Source: Deltaproteobacteria bacterium
GTDB taxonomy: Bacteria > Myxococcota > B64-G9
Length of the DNA stretch: 64,000 bases
Reading direction: 5' to 3'
Assembly: GCA_016935365.1 (NCBI GenBank)
Contig: JAFGRB010000067.1
Coordinates: forward strand, 11,901 to 75,900
A model generated the notes under the pieces. That model searched no databases, was not told where the DNA came from, and saw nothing but the letters and a program-made list of their open reading frames with translations. Of the stretch, positions 50,836 to 58,536 are shown one piece after another; the first letter of the stretch is position 1; the number at the start of each line of letters is the position of its first letter. A program made the position numbers and the translations under genes.

Positions 50836-52818
50836 CTATCGGAGTATCTCGGGTCTCAAGCTGACCTTGCCATCCTTTACCACTACCGAGAAACGGACCA
50901 TCCGGCAAGCATGTCTGTTCTTGAGCGCCTCGGCTTGGCGCTCCAGCTTTCTGCGGAAGCGCGCGAGATCCAGCTTGTCCAGGCTGTCGCCCTGGCCAGC
51001 CTTGGCGCGGCAGAACTCGTTGAAGAGCTTGCGGTAGTAGAAATCCTCTGCCTCGGCTGCCCCGGCGCCCGCTCCAGCCTCGGCACCTGCTGCGGCCTCA
51101 CCTGCTCCGACCTCAGCGCCTATTGCGGCCTCTGCGTCCGTCTCAACGTCCGCTCCAACCCCGGCAACTGCTCCGACCTCGACGCCTGCTGCGGTCCCTG
51201 CGTCTGCTGCGGCTCCTATGCCTGCTGCAGTCCCGGCGCCCGCTCCAGCCTCGGCGCCTGCTGCAGCCTCGGCACCTGCTCCGACCTCAGCGGCCTCTGC
51301 GCCCGCTCCGATCTCGGCGCCTGCTGCGGCCTCAGCGCCCGGCACAGCCTCAGCGCCTGCTGCGGCATCTGCGTCCGTCTCAACGTCCGCTCCAGCCCCG
51401 GCACCTGCTCCGACCTCAGCGACTGCTGCGGTCCCTGCGTCTGCTGCGGCTCCTATGCTTGATGCAGTCCCGGCGCCAGCTCCAGCCTCGGCGCCTGCTG
51501 CAGCCTCGCCTGCTCCGAACTCAGCGGCCTCTGCGTCCGCCTCAACGTCCTCTCCAGCCCCGGCACCTGCTCCAACCTCAGCGCCTGCTGCTGCGTCTGC
51601 TGCGGCTTCTATGCCTGCTGCAGTCCCGGCGCCAGCTCCAGCCTCGGCGCCTGCCGCGGCCTCGGACATCTCCTCTCTCTCCTGGACGTCCTTCGGCCAG
51701 GCACCCCCCGCCTGCCTGTCCTGGGCTCGGATCTGGTTGACGAGCGCCGCCAGGGAGCGCACCAGTCCGGGACCCTTCTCGCTGAAGACCCGCTCCCCTT
51801 CGCCATGTGCGATCTCGAAGGCCTCGCGCTCCATGTGCCGAAGCCCGCGGGCCAGCCCCCCACCCAGCACGCCCACCAGGGTCGCCAGCAGCAACAGCGC
51901 GACGCCGGCGCCGCCGAAGATGTACAGCCTGAGCTCGTCCAAGGGCCGGTTCGTGGACCGGGTCGAACGGAGCATGGCGATCGCGCGCCCCTTGCCCGGC
52001 AGGGGCATGGCCGCGACGCGCAAGCGCTGCTCCGCCCGATTCAGGTCGAATGGCTCGGGTCGCTTGCCCGCCATCAAGGCCGCGAGGAAATCGGGCTCGC
52101 CGGCGAGATGCTGGTCCAGCGCGTGCAGCTGTGCGTCCGACAGGTTGCTGCAGGCGATGCCCTTGGCGGTCAGGTAGGCGAAATCCACATCCAAGTCGAG
52201 CTCGCTGCTCCTCGCCTTGACCAGGTGATCGTCGAGCGGAGAGGTCATCAGAAGCACGCCGAGCAAGCCCTTGTCTGGGCCGACCGGAACAGCGACAGCC
52301 CTGCAAAGCCCTGCATCGTGCTCGAAGACGACGACCCGCCCCACTCCCTTGCGAGCCGAATCGACTGTCTCCAGGATCGGCTGGAGATCGGAAGCCGGCT
52401 TGCCCGTCCAGAGCGGATCGATGTTGCGAGCCAGGCCGAGGCCATCGGGCCCCAGCACGAAGAAGTCCTTCACGACCGGCTCGACCTCTCCGGGCGATAC
52501 CTGCCGCGCAGCCGTGACCAGGCTATCGATCTCCTCATGAAGCTGAGCCAGCCACTCCTTGTCCTTGGCCGGTTGGGCTGGTCGCTTGCCGAGCAGGTCT
52601 CGAAGTCCAGGACGCATCGCCAGCTCGCCGAGCCGTCGAAGCAACCTCCCCTCGTCGGCCGCGTCCATCTCCTGGAACAACCGCCCGGCGAGATCGAGCC
52701 CCCGGGTGACCTCGTCGAGCTGGATCTCCTCCACCCGGGGCAAGACGAGCAGGTGAATCGCGGTGGCACCGCCCCCCAAGGTGACGATCAGCAGCACGAC
52801 GACGGCGACTCTGGACAT
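50836..52818 (-). CDS. Membrane protein with a periplasmic sensor-like region, a long Ala/Gly/Glu repeat tract and an MXAN_5187-type C-terminal domain
   Basis: The N-terminal TM helix and a second TM helix bracket about 270 aa. About 200 aa of 'AEAGAGAGTAAGI.AAADA...EVGAGAGAG.DVE.DAEAA' repeats follow. The C-terminus 'FYYRKLFNEFCRAKAGQGDSLDKLDLARFRRKLERQAEALKNRHACRMVRFSVVVKDGKVSLRP' resembles the MXAN_5187 C-terminal domain. The family name is from memory. Confidence 0.8.
   Translation of the reverse strand: MSRVAVVVLLIVTLGGGATAIHLLVLPRVEEIQLDEVTRGLDLAGRLFQEMDAADEGRLLRRLGELAMRPGLRDLLGKRPAQPAKDKEWLAQLHEEIDSLVTAARQVSPGEVEPVVKDFFVLGPDGLGLARNIDPLWTGKPASDLQPILETVDSARKGVGRVVVFEHDAGLCRAVAVPVGPDKGLLGVLLMTSPLDDHLVKARSSELDLDVDFAYLTAKGIACSNLSDAQLHALDQHLAGEPDFLAALMAGKRPEPFDLNRAEQRLRVAAMPLPGKGRAIAMLRSTRSTNRPLDELRLYIFGGAGVALLLLATLVGVLGGGLARGLRHMEREAFEIAHGEGERVFSEKGPGLVRSLAALVNQIRAQDRQAGGAWPKDVQEREEMSEAAAGAEAGAGAGTAAGIEAAADAAAGAEVGAGAGAGEDVEADAEAAEFGAGEAAAGAEAGAGAGTASSIGAAADAGTAAVAEVGAGAGAGADVETDADAAAGAEAVPGAEAAAGAEIGAGAEAAEVGAGAEAAAGAEAGAGAGTAAGIGAAADAGTAAGVEVGAVAGVGADVETDAEAAIGAEVGAGEAAAGAEAGAGAGAAEAEDFYYRKLFNEFCRAKAGQGDSLDKLDLARFRRKLERQAEALKNRHACRMVRFSVVVKDGKVSLRPEILR
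51045..51670 (-). repeat. Imperfect long tandem coding repeats (Ala/Gly/Glu/Val-rich)
   Basis: Blocks such as GTCCCGGCGCC[CA]GCTCCAGCCTCGGCGCCTGCTGCAGCCTC and CTGCGTCCGTCTCAACGTCCGCTCCA recur three to four times. They are in frame within 50836..52818. Confidence 0.8.
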
Positions 52819-52902
52819 CCTTCCTCCATCGAAGAGGACAGCTCGACGCCCATCACGGAATAGAATAAAACGGAGGACAATTCAAGCAGGACTTGAGCTG
52901 GC

Positions 52903-53910
52903 TTACCTGAGCAAGCCGTAGATCCGGTTCAGCTCCCGGTTGGCCTGGTCGTACTGGCCATCTCCCACGAGCTGGATCGACTTGCGCAGCAGCGCCTGGA
53001 CCTTCTTCTTGCTGGCCGGATCGCCAGGGGGCTTGCTGCGGCTGAGCCCGTTGAGGCGATCGAACTTCCGCTTGATGAATCCCTCGTCCACCACGGTGGC
53101 CGCGACCGCTGCATCGAGCTGCTCGACGAGGTCCAGGACTCGCTGGTTGTTGCGCTTCCTGCGGGCCTGCTCGATCTCCTTTCGCAGCCCGGTCATCTCG
53201 GCCGGCAGATCGGCCCACAGGATGCCCTTGGCGTTCATCCGCTTCGTCGCGCTCTTGTATGCCGCCTCGGCCTGCTTGCGCGTGACCCTGCCACCCGGCG
53301 CGCTGGGAGGCATGGTCACGACCCTGGTGGGCATGGACTTGGCCTTCTCGGTCAGCTCGACCAGGAGCGCCGCCAGCCTCTCCTCCAGCTTGACGATCTT
53401 CTGCTCGCGCTCCTGCAAGTCCTTCTCCCTGCTGGAAACCGCTTTCTCCCGACCCGCCACGGCGCTCTCCCGTCTGGCGAGGGCCATCTCGTTGCTCGCC
53501 TGGCTTGCTCCGGGCGCGCCCTGCCCCTTCATCAGGCTGTCGAGGATCTCGGACTTGCGCTTGTCGAGCTGCCGGCGCTCCTGCTCCATCGTCGTCTCTC
53601 GGCCCTCGAGATCCCGGCGCTTTCGCTGCAGCTCCCGGAGCTTCTCGACGTCCTCTTTCTGGAGCCGCGTCTTCTCCGCCAGCAGCTCGTCCTGCTCCTT
53701 GCGCAGCGCCTCCATCTCCTTCTCGAACTGCTCCTGCTTTCTGGCCAGCTCCTTTTCCTCGACGGTCAGCGCCGACCGATCCGCCTCCACCACGATGGTC
53801 AGATCCTCCTGCGACTTCTCCTGCGGACGCTCGCAAGACGCCAGCAGCCACAGGAGCCCCAGCACACAGGCCGCCGGGATCCGGACTTGCCTTGGCTCGA
53901 TTCCCCTCAT
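52903..53910 (-). CDS. Coiled-coil lipoprotein
   Basis: Lipobox 'LLASC'. Long K/E/R-rich heptad-like region. The start overlaps the cyclase stop (ATGA at 53907-53910). Confidence 0.8.
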   Translation of the reverse strand: MRGIEPRQVRIPAACVLGLLWLLASCERPQEKSQEDLTIVVEADRSALTVEEKELARKQEQFEKEMEALRKEQDELLAEKTRLQKEDVEKLRELQRKRRDLEGRETTMEQERRQLDKRKSEILDSLMKGQGAPGASQASNEMALARRESAVAGREKAVSSREKDLQEREQKIVKLEERLAALLVELTEKAKSMPTRVVTMPPSAPGGRVTRKQAEAAYKSATKRMNAKGILWADLPAEMTGLRKEIEQARRKRNNQRVLDLVEQLDAAVAATVVDEGFIKRKFDRLNGLSRSKPPGDPASKKKVQALLRKSIQLVGDGQYDQANRELNRIYGLLR

Positions 53911-55376
53911 GCCGTCTTCTCCCCGCTCTGGCGCAACTTCTTGATTTCCTTGATGGTATTCGCCTTCATCTCGACCACCTCGAAAAGCGGAATGGGCTCG
54001 ACGATGCCCTTCATGAATACCGCCTCCTTGGAACGGGTCACGACGATATCACTCACCTTCGCGTAGGTCGCCTCGCTGATCAATATCTGGCCCTCCCGGG
54101 TCGAGGCCTCGATCCGCTGAGCGAGGTTCACGTTTCGCCCGATGACCGTGTACTCCATGCGGCGCGCAGAGCCGATGTTGCCGGCGATGGCCTCTCCGCT
54201 GTGAATGCCGATGCCGAAGTTGACCACCGCCTTGCCTTCCTGCAGCCGCTTCCAGTTGTACTCGCCCACGGCCCGCTGGATCTCGACCGCCGTCAAGGCG
54301 GCCCGCGCCTCGGGCAAGTCGATCGCGTGCGGCGCTCCGTAGATGGCCATGATGGAATCGCCGATGAACTTGTTGATCGTGCCCTCGTAGCGAAAGATGA
54401 TGTCGATGATGATCTCGAAGTAGTCGTTGAGCAAGCTCACCACTTCCCGAGGTTCCTTGTCCTCCGAGAGTGTCGTGAAGCCGCGGATGTCCAGAAAGAG
54501 CACGGTCACCTTCCGGAGCTCGCCCCGAAGATCGAGCTCGTCCTGCTCCTTGAGGATCCGCTCGGCCACTTGATCGGAGACGTAGCGGGCGAAGGTGTGC
54601 CGGATCCGCTCACGCTCCCGGAGCCCCCGGGTCATGAAGTTGAAGGTGCTGGCCAGAGTGCCGATCTCATCGCGACTCGTCACGGCCAGCGTCTGCTCGA
54701 GTTGCCCGGCGGAAACCCGTTGCATGGCCTCGGCCATCTGCCGAATGGGACGCGTGAAGTGGCGGGCCATCAGGAAGGCGCCGATCAGGCCGAACAGGAA
54801 GGCGGCCAGAGTGATCTCGGCATTCGTCCAGATGGAAGCGCGGATCTGCGCATCCATCTCCACGGTCGAAAAGCCGAAGAGCACCTTGCCGATGGTTGTC
54901 CCGTCCTTGTCCTTGATGTGCAGGCGAAAGGTCCTGATGCTCTCCTCGCCGAAGCTCCAGCCGAGAATGCACTCGAACCTCTCCTGCTCAGTACCCGTGT
55001 GCATCCTGGCTGCCAGGCTCGGTGCCGCCTCCCGGAGCAGATGAACGTTGAAGCTGCTCCCGGGCTCGACCCGCTCCTCGGCGTCCAGCAGGACGACGAA
55101 GCACAGGCCGGTACCCATCTCGTGAGCGTGCTCGACGAACATGCGGATCAGAGTCGGATCGAAGCGGCGGACCGATCCGGTCCCGCGCACCACGCCGAAG
55201 AGCTGGCCCATGGAGCGGACTTGCCGGTTCATGGCCGAGCGGTGATCCTGGGCCGTACGCAGGGCCACGAACAAGGCCATGGTGGCCGAGACGCCCAGGA
55301 CGAGCGCCGAGACGAGGAGCGATAGCTTGACTCCCAGCGTCCAGCGGCCACGCGTTTGATCGCTGTGCTTGGCCAT
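53907..55376 (-). CDS. Membrane-bound class III adenylate/guanylate cyclase with a HAMP domain
   Basis: Two TM helices. HAMP 'RPIRQMAEAMQRVSAGQLEQTLAVTSRDEIGTLASTFNFMTRGL'. Cyclase core 'VTVLFLDIRGFTTLSE', 'KFIGDSIMAIYGAP', 'IGIHSGEAIAGNIGS', 'EYTVIGRNVNLAQRIE'. ATG 55376 is preferred over the track start at 55415. Confidence 0.9.
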   Translation of the reverse strand: MAKHSDQTRGRWTLGVKLSLLVSALVLGVSATMALFVALRTAQDHRSAMNRQVRSMGQLFGVVRGTGSVRRFDPTLIRMFVEHAHEMGTGLCFVVLLDAEERVEPGSSFNVHLLREAAPSLAARMHTGTEQERFECILGWSFGEESIRTFRLHIKDKDGTTIGKVLFGFSTVEMDAQIRASIWTNAEITLAAFLFGLIGAFLMARHFTRPIRQMAEAMQRVSAGQLEQTLAVTSRDEIGTLASTFNFMTRGLRERERIRHTFARYVSDQVAERILKEQDELDLRGELRKVTVLFLDIRGFTTLSEDKEPREVVSLLNDYFEIIIDIIFRYEGTINKFIGDSIMAIYGAPHAIDLPEARAALTAVEIQRAVGEYNWKRLQEGKAVVNFGIGIHSGEAIAGNIGSARRMEYTVIGRNVNLAQRIEASTREGQILISEATYAKVSDIVVTRSKEAVFMKGIVEPIPLFEVVEMKANTIKEIKKLRQSGEKTA

Positions 55377-55457
55377 GCCCGGGGGATTATACCCCGCTGG
55401 GCTCCGAAACCGCAAAAAAGACCGAGCGATCTGTGACGGGCTCGCTCCAGCTCGCCA

Positions 55458-57557
55458 TCAGTATCTGGAGTATCGCAAGAACTGCCGGCCGAGCTCCTCG
55501 CTGTGCGAGATGCTGGCGTCCTCGTAGCGCCCGGATACCCCCCGGTGCGGCCGGATCTTGGGCATCACGTATGCGATCAGCCTCCGAAGACCGAGCTCAC
55601 CCGCCCGTCCCGCGATGCCCTCCATCTCCGGCCAGCTGGCATGGGAGCCGTATCGCTGGATGAGTCGCAGCCCCGAGCTTCGCTCTGCGGCCGAGAGGAT
55701 CTTCTGGCTCCGCTTGAGCAGCTTCTCGATCGCCTGGCGCAAGACGGCATGATCCGGCACGACCACCACGGTCTTGCCGTCCTGCTCGACGAGGCGGACC
55801 GCCCCCGCCTTCTCCATCAGGTAGCGGATGATCACCCGGCGGGCGATGTCTCGGGGTCGCAGCGAGTCGCTGCTGCTCAGGACCTCTTCCACCACGGCCT
55901 CGGCCGCCAGGAAGTCCCAGGCCGCCCGAGACGCATCGCGGCCCGGGAGCATGCCGAGCTCGGTGAGCTTGGGATCGGCAAGCAGGTACCACGAGACCAG
56001 CTCGGCCTTGATCTCCTCCATGACCGGCATGACATTCCGCAGGCTCTTCTTCGCCCTCGGATCCGTGCGGCCCGAGTAGCGCCCGAAGAGATCGCGCAGC
56101 GCCACCCGCACCAAGGCCACCGAAGGCAGGTGCTCGCAGACCTTCTCGCGCACCGCGGCCGGCACGAACTCCCGCGCCAGCGGGAGGGAGACGGCCCTGG
56201 TGCGGGCCTCGATCACGTTCGAGAGGACGAGCACTTTCTGGGCTCGCTCCTGGCCGGCGTCCCGATCCGGTGCGAGCGAGAACGCCTCGTTGCACATCGG
56301 ACCCGCGCCGCCGGTCGCCACGAGCAGGTCGACGGCCACCGCCAGCGGAGGCGCGCCCCAGTTCCTGCGCTGCTCCTTGGGCCAGGGCAACTGCCCCTCG
56401 AAGTACTCCAGATGCCTGACCAGCGACGCGAGCTGCGCAGAGACCGGCTCGTTCGCATAGCCCACCAGGCCCTCGAACAGCCCCTTGGCATGCCGGGGAT
56501 CGAGCGACAGGTCGTTGAAGCCAATCATGAACTCGAGGCGGAAGGGCCTCTTGTACCATTCCCGGCTCACCGAATCGAAAGTCCTCGGATTGCCGGTCCG
56601 GAAATACTCGATCAGGTCGGCCAGGATGGCACGCTGTGTCTTCCCAGCCCACGCGAGTACGCCGTAGAGCCGCCGATTGACACGCCGAAGCTCGGAGGCA
56701 TATCGACCCGGCGGAATGGTTCGACGCTTGTCCCCGCTCCTGTAGATCTCCTCGACCAGCCGCCCGTCGACCCGGATCAGGCGGGAGTTCCGAGAGTAGT
56801 TCTCCTCGAAGCTCCTCAGAGAGCGCATGGTCACGCCCCGGTAGAGGTTCAGTGCGGATGCGCTCAGGATATCGCGCTTGACTTGGGAGGTCTCGGGCAC
56901 GAGACGCGGCTGGTGGTCGGCGTCGAAGATGATCGGCTTGAGGCGGGCCAGCCTCTCCTCGAGCGACTCGCCGCGCTCCAGCCCCATCTTGGCGCCGGCG
57001 GCATTCGCGGCGTGGGCGGCGGCCTGGAATCGCTCGCAGGGCAGATCGGGCACGAACTTGATGCCGGTCGAGCGATCGTAGAAGCCGCTGTGGATCCCCA
57101 GCCGGAGCAAGTACTCGCGCAGCTTCGACTCCGTCTTGGGATCGGAGTCCAGCGTGTTTTCCAGAATGCTCTCGACAAGGCAGCGGACATCCAGGCCGCT
57201 GCGATGAACCTGGTCGAAGGTGATGTCCCTGCCCGCCAGCGCCGCCCTGGCCAGGTGGTAGGCCATGACCCGCTCGCGGGCCTTGAGCCGCTTGAAGCCG
57301 TCGGCGAAGAGGCGGACCAGCTGCACGTCGCAGACGTGACCCGCCCGGTAGCTCGCCTCATCGCGCTCGACCTGGACCTCGTCCGGCTCGGGCTGCTCGT
57401 AGCTGAAGTCGTCCTCGGGCGGCTCCTCGTCGGCAGCTGGCACCGGCTCCGGCGCGGCGGGCGGCTTGTCCGCCTCGGCCGGCTTCTTGCAGCCCGGCAT
57501 GCCTCCGAGCAGGAGCACGAGGCCACAGAGAAGAGAGATGTGCCGGGTGCAGTCCAT
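55458..57557 (-). CDS. Lipoprotein-like M49 (dipeptidyl-peptidase III)-family homolog, apparently lacking the zinc-binding His residues
   Basis: ATG (rc) at 57555-57557; 'LLLGGMPGCKK'. Overall DPP3-like layout. 'MEEIKAELV' matches the second M49 motif (EExxAE/D). 26 residues upstream, where HExxGH is expected, the sequence reads 'RDLFGR'. The family call is from memory. Confidence 0.7.
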   Translation of the reverse strand: MDCTRHISLLCGLVLLLGGMPGCKKPAEADKPPAAPEPVPAADEEPPEDDFSYEQPEPDEVQVERDEASYRAGHVCDVQLVRLFADGFKRLKARERVMAYHLARAALAGRDITFDQVHRSGLDVRCLVESILENTLDSDPKTESKLREYLLRLGIHSGFYDRSTGIKFVPDLPCERFQAAAHAANAAGAKMGLERGESLEERLARLKPIIFDADHQPRLVPETSQVKRDILSASALNLYRGVTMRSLRSFEENYSRNSRLIRVDGRLVEEIYRSGDKRRTIPPGRYASELRRVNRRLYGVLAWAGKTQRAILADLIEYFRTGNPRTFDSVSREWYKRPFRLEFMIGFNDLSLDPRHAKGLFEGLVGYANEPVSAQLASLVRHLEYFEGQLPWPKEQRRNWGAPPLAVAVDLLVATGGAGPMCNEAFSLAPDRDAGQERAQKVLVLSNVIEARTRAVSLPLAREFVPAAVREKVCEHLPSVALVRVALRDLFGRYSGRTDPRAKKSLRNVMPVMEEIKAELVSWYLLADPKLTELGMLPGRDASRAAWDFLAAEAVVEEVLSSSDSLRPRDIARRVIIRYLMEKAGAVRLVEQDGKTVVVVPDHAVLRQAIEKLLKRSQKILSAAERSSGLRLIQRYGSHASWPEMEGIAGRAGELGLRRLIAYVMPKIRPHRGVSGRYEDASISHSEELGRQFLRYSRY

Positions 57558-57622
57558 GTGTCCAGCCGAGGACTCTAGCGCGCGACGGATCCCGGTTTCA
57601 AGCGCCAAGCCCTCTTGTGGTC

Positions 57623-57665
57623 GTATATTTGACTACTCTGTAGGATAAGTAGTATATTTCACTAC
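57623..57665. promoter_or_regulatory. Direct 14-bp repeats in an AT-rich divergent promoter region
   Basis: GTATATTTGACTAC (57623-57636) and GTATATTTCACTAC (57652-57665) match at 13/14 positions with a 29-bp period. They sit in the 122-bp gap between divergent genes. This is the most AT-rich stretch I noticed on the backbone. Confidence 0.45.
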
Positions 57666-57679
57666 ATAGGAGGCGCGCC

Positions 57680-57946
57680 ATGAGAAGCCCGGCATGTCTG
57701 CTCTCTTTCCTGGCGATCGCCACGCTGGCCCTCCCGGCCATTGCTGCGGAGCCCGTCCTGATCACGACCGCCGATCTGGACGCCGCCATCGACCGCCTGC
57801 CCCGGATCGCAGAGCGAGAGCCTATCGAGGCGCGCCTCGTCGAACTACCGGTGCGCTCGGGCAGCGATCCCGAGCTCTTGCGGTCGCGGAGCGTCCCCCG
57901 CCTGCCGGCCGGCACGCGAGCCGCAACGAGCCGGCCTGGCGGCTGA
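57680..57946 (+). CDS. Small secreted hypothetical protein (88 aa)
   Basis: ATG follows AGGAGG. Signal peptide MRSPACLLSFLAIATLALPAIAA. Confidence 0.55.
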   Translation: MRSPACLLSFLAIATLALPAIAAEPVLITTADLDAAIDRLPRIAEREPIEARLVELPVRSGSDPELLRSRSVPRLPAGTRAATSRPGG

Positions 57947-57967
57947 CATGGCACACAGGCATTCAAG

Positions 57968-58531
57968 ATGAGCTACCTCTACTACCTGGTCGAGTACGCC
58001 TTCGTCGTGCGCGTGAACCAGGAGATGACCGAGGCCCAGCGTCTCCTGGCAGACGGCAGCTGGGTGGACTACCCCGATCTCTGGGATGTGGCCACCAACG
58101 GGAAAGCCATCGACACGCAGAAGCAGGCCCTGGAGACCGCCCGGCAGCTCTTCGAACGGGATGCCCGTTGGGATCGAGAGGCGTCCGTCTCCGACGAAGC
58201 CCAGGCGCTCGAGCTGCTCTTCGAGAGCTTGCTCCGATACCTCACCGCGGACGGCTCCGATCTCGACAGGCCGGCCTTCGAACGAGAGATCACCTATCAG
58301 CACCAGCGCTTCGGCCAGGTGAGCGCGGGTCTGGAGCTGGGCCTCGACCAGCGTCGCTGTCATCTCACGCTCTACGCCAGGATCGGAAAAAGCAAGAGCT
58401 GGGTCTGGATCTCCACCGGCGAGATCTCCGAGGTCTTCGACGACGCGTACCGCTTCTCCGCCGACACGGGTCCGATCGAGAAGCAGCTCGCCGAGCTGTA
58501 CCGCAACCTCCTCGAGCTGGACAGGATCTAG
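57968..58531 (+). CDS. Hypothetical cytoplasmic protein (187 aa)
   Basis: Diverse, protein-like composition. No motif recognised. Overlapping alternative ORFs are Arg/Pro/Gly-rich shadows. Confidence 0.6.
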   Translation: MSYLYYLVEYAFVVRVNQEMTEAQRLLADGSWVDYPDLWDVATNGKAIDTQKQALETARQLFERDARWDREASVSDEAQALELLFESLLRYLTADGSDLDRPAFEREITYQHQRFGQVSAGLELGLDQRRCHLTLYARIGKSKSWVWISTGEISEVFDDAYRFSADTGPIEKQLAELYRNLLELDRI

Positions 58532-58536
58532 CGCTT

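Noticed and set aside
51045-51670. Regularly recurring DNA blocks here, and also at 40372-40640, might at first glance suggest a CRISPR-like or satellite array.
   Set aside because: The repeats are imperfect and directly abutting, with no unique spacers of constant length. They are in frame inside genes with conserved flanking domains, and no cas genes are nearby. They are coding tandem repeats.
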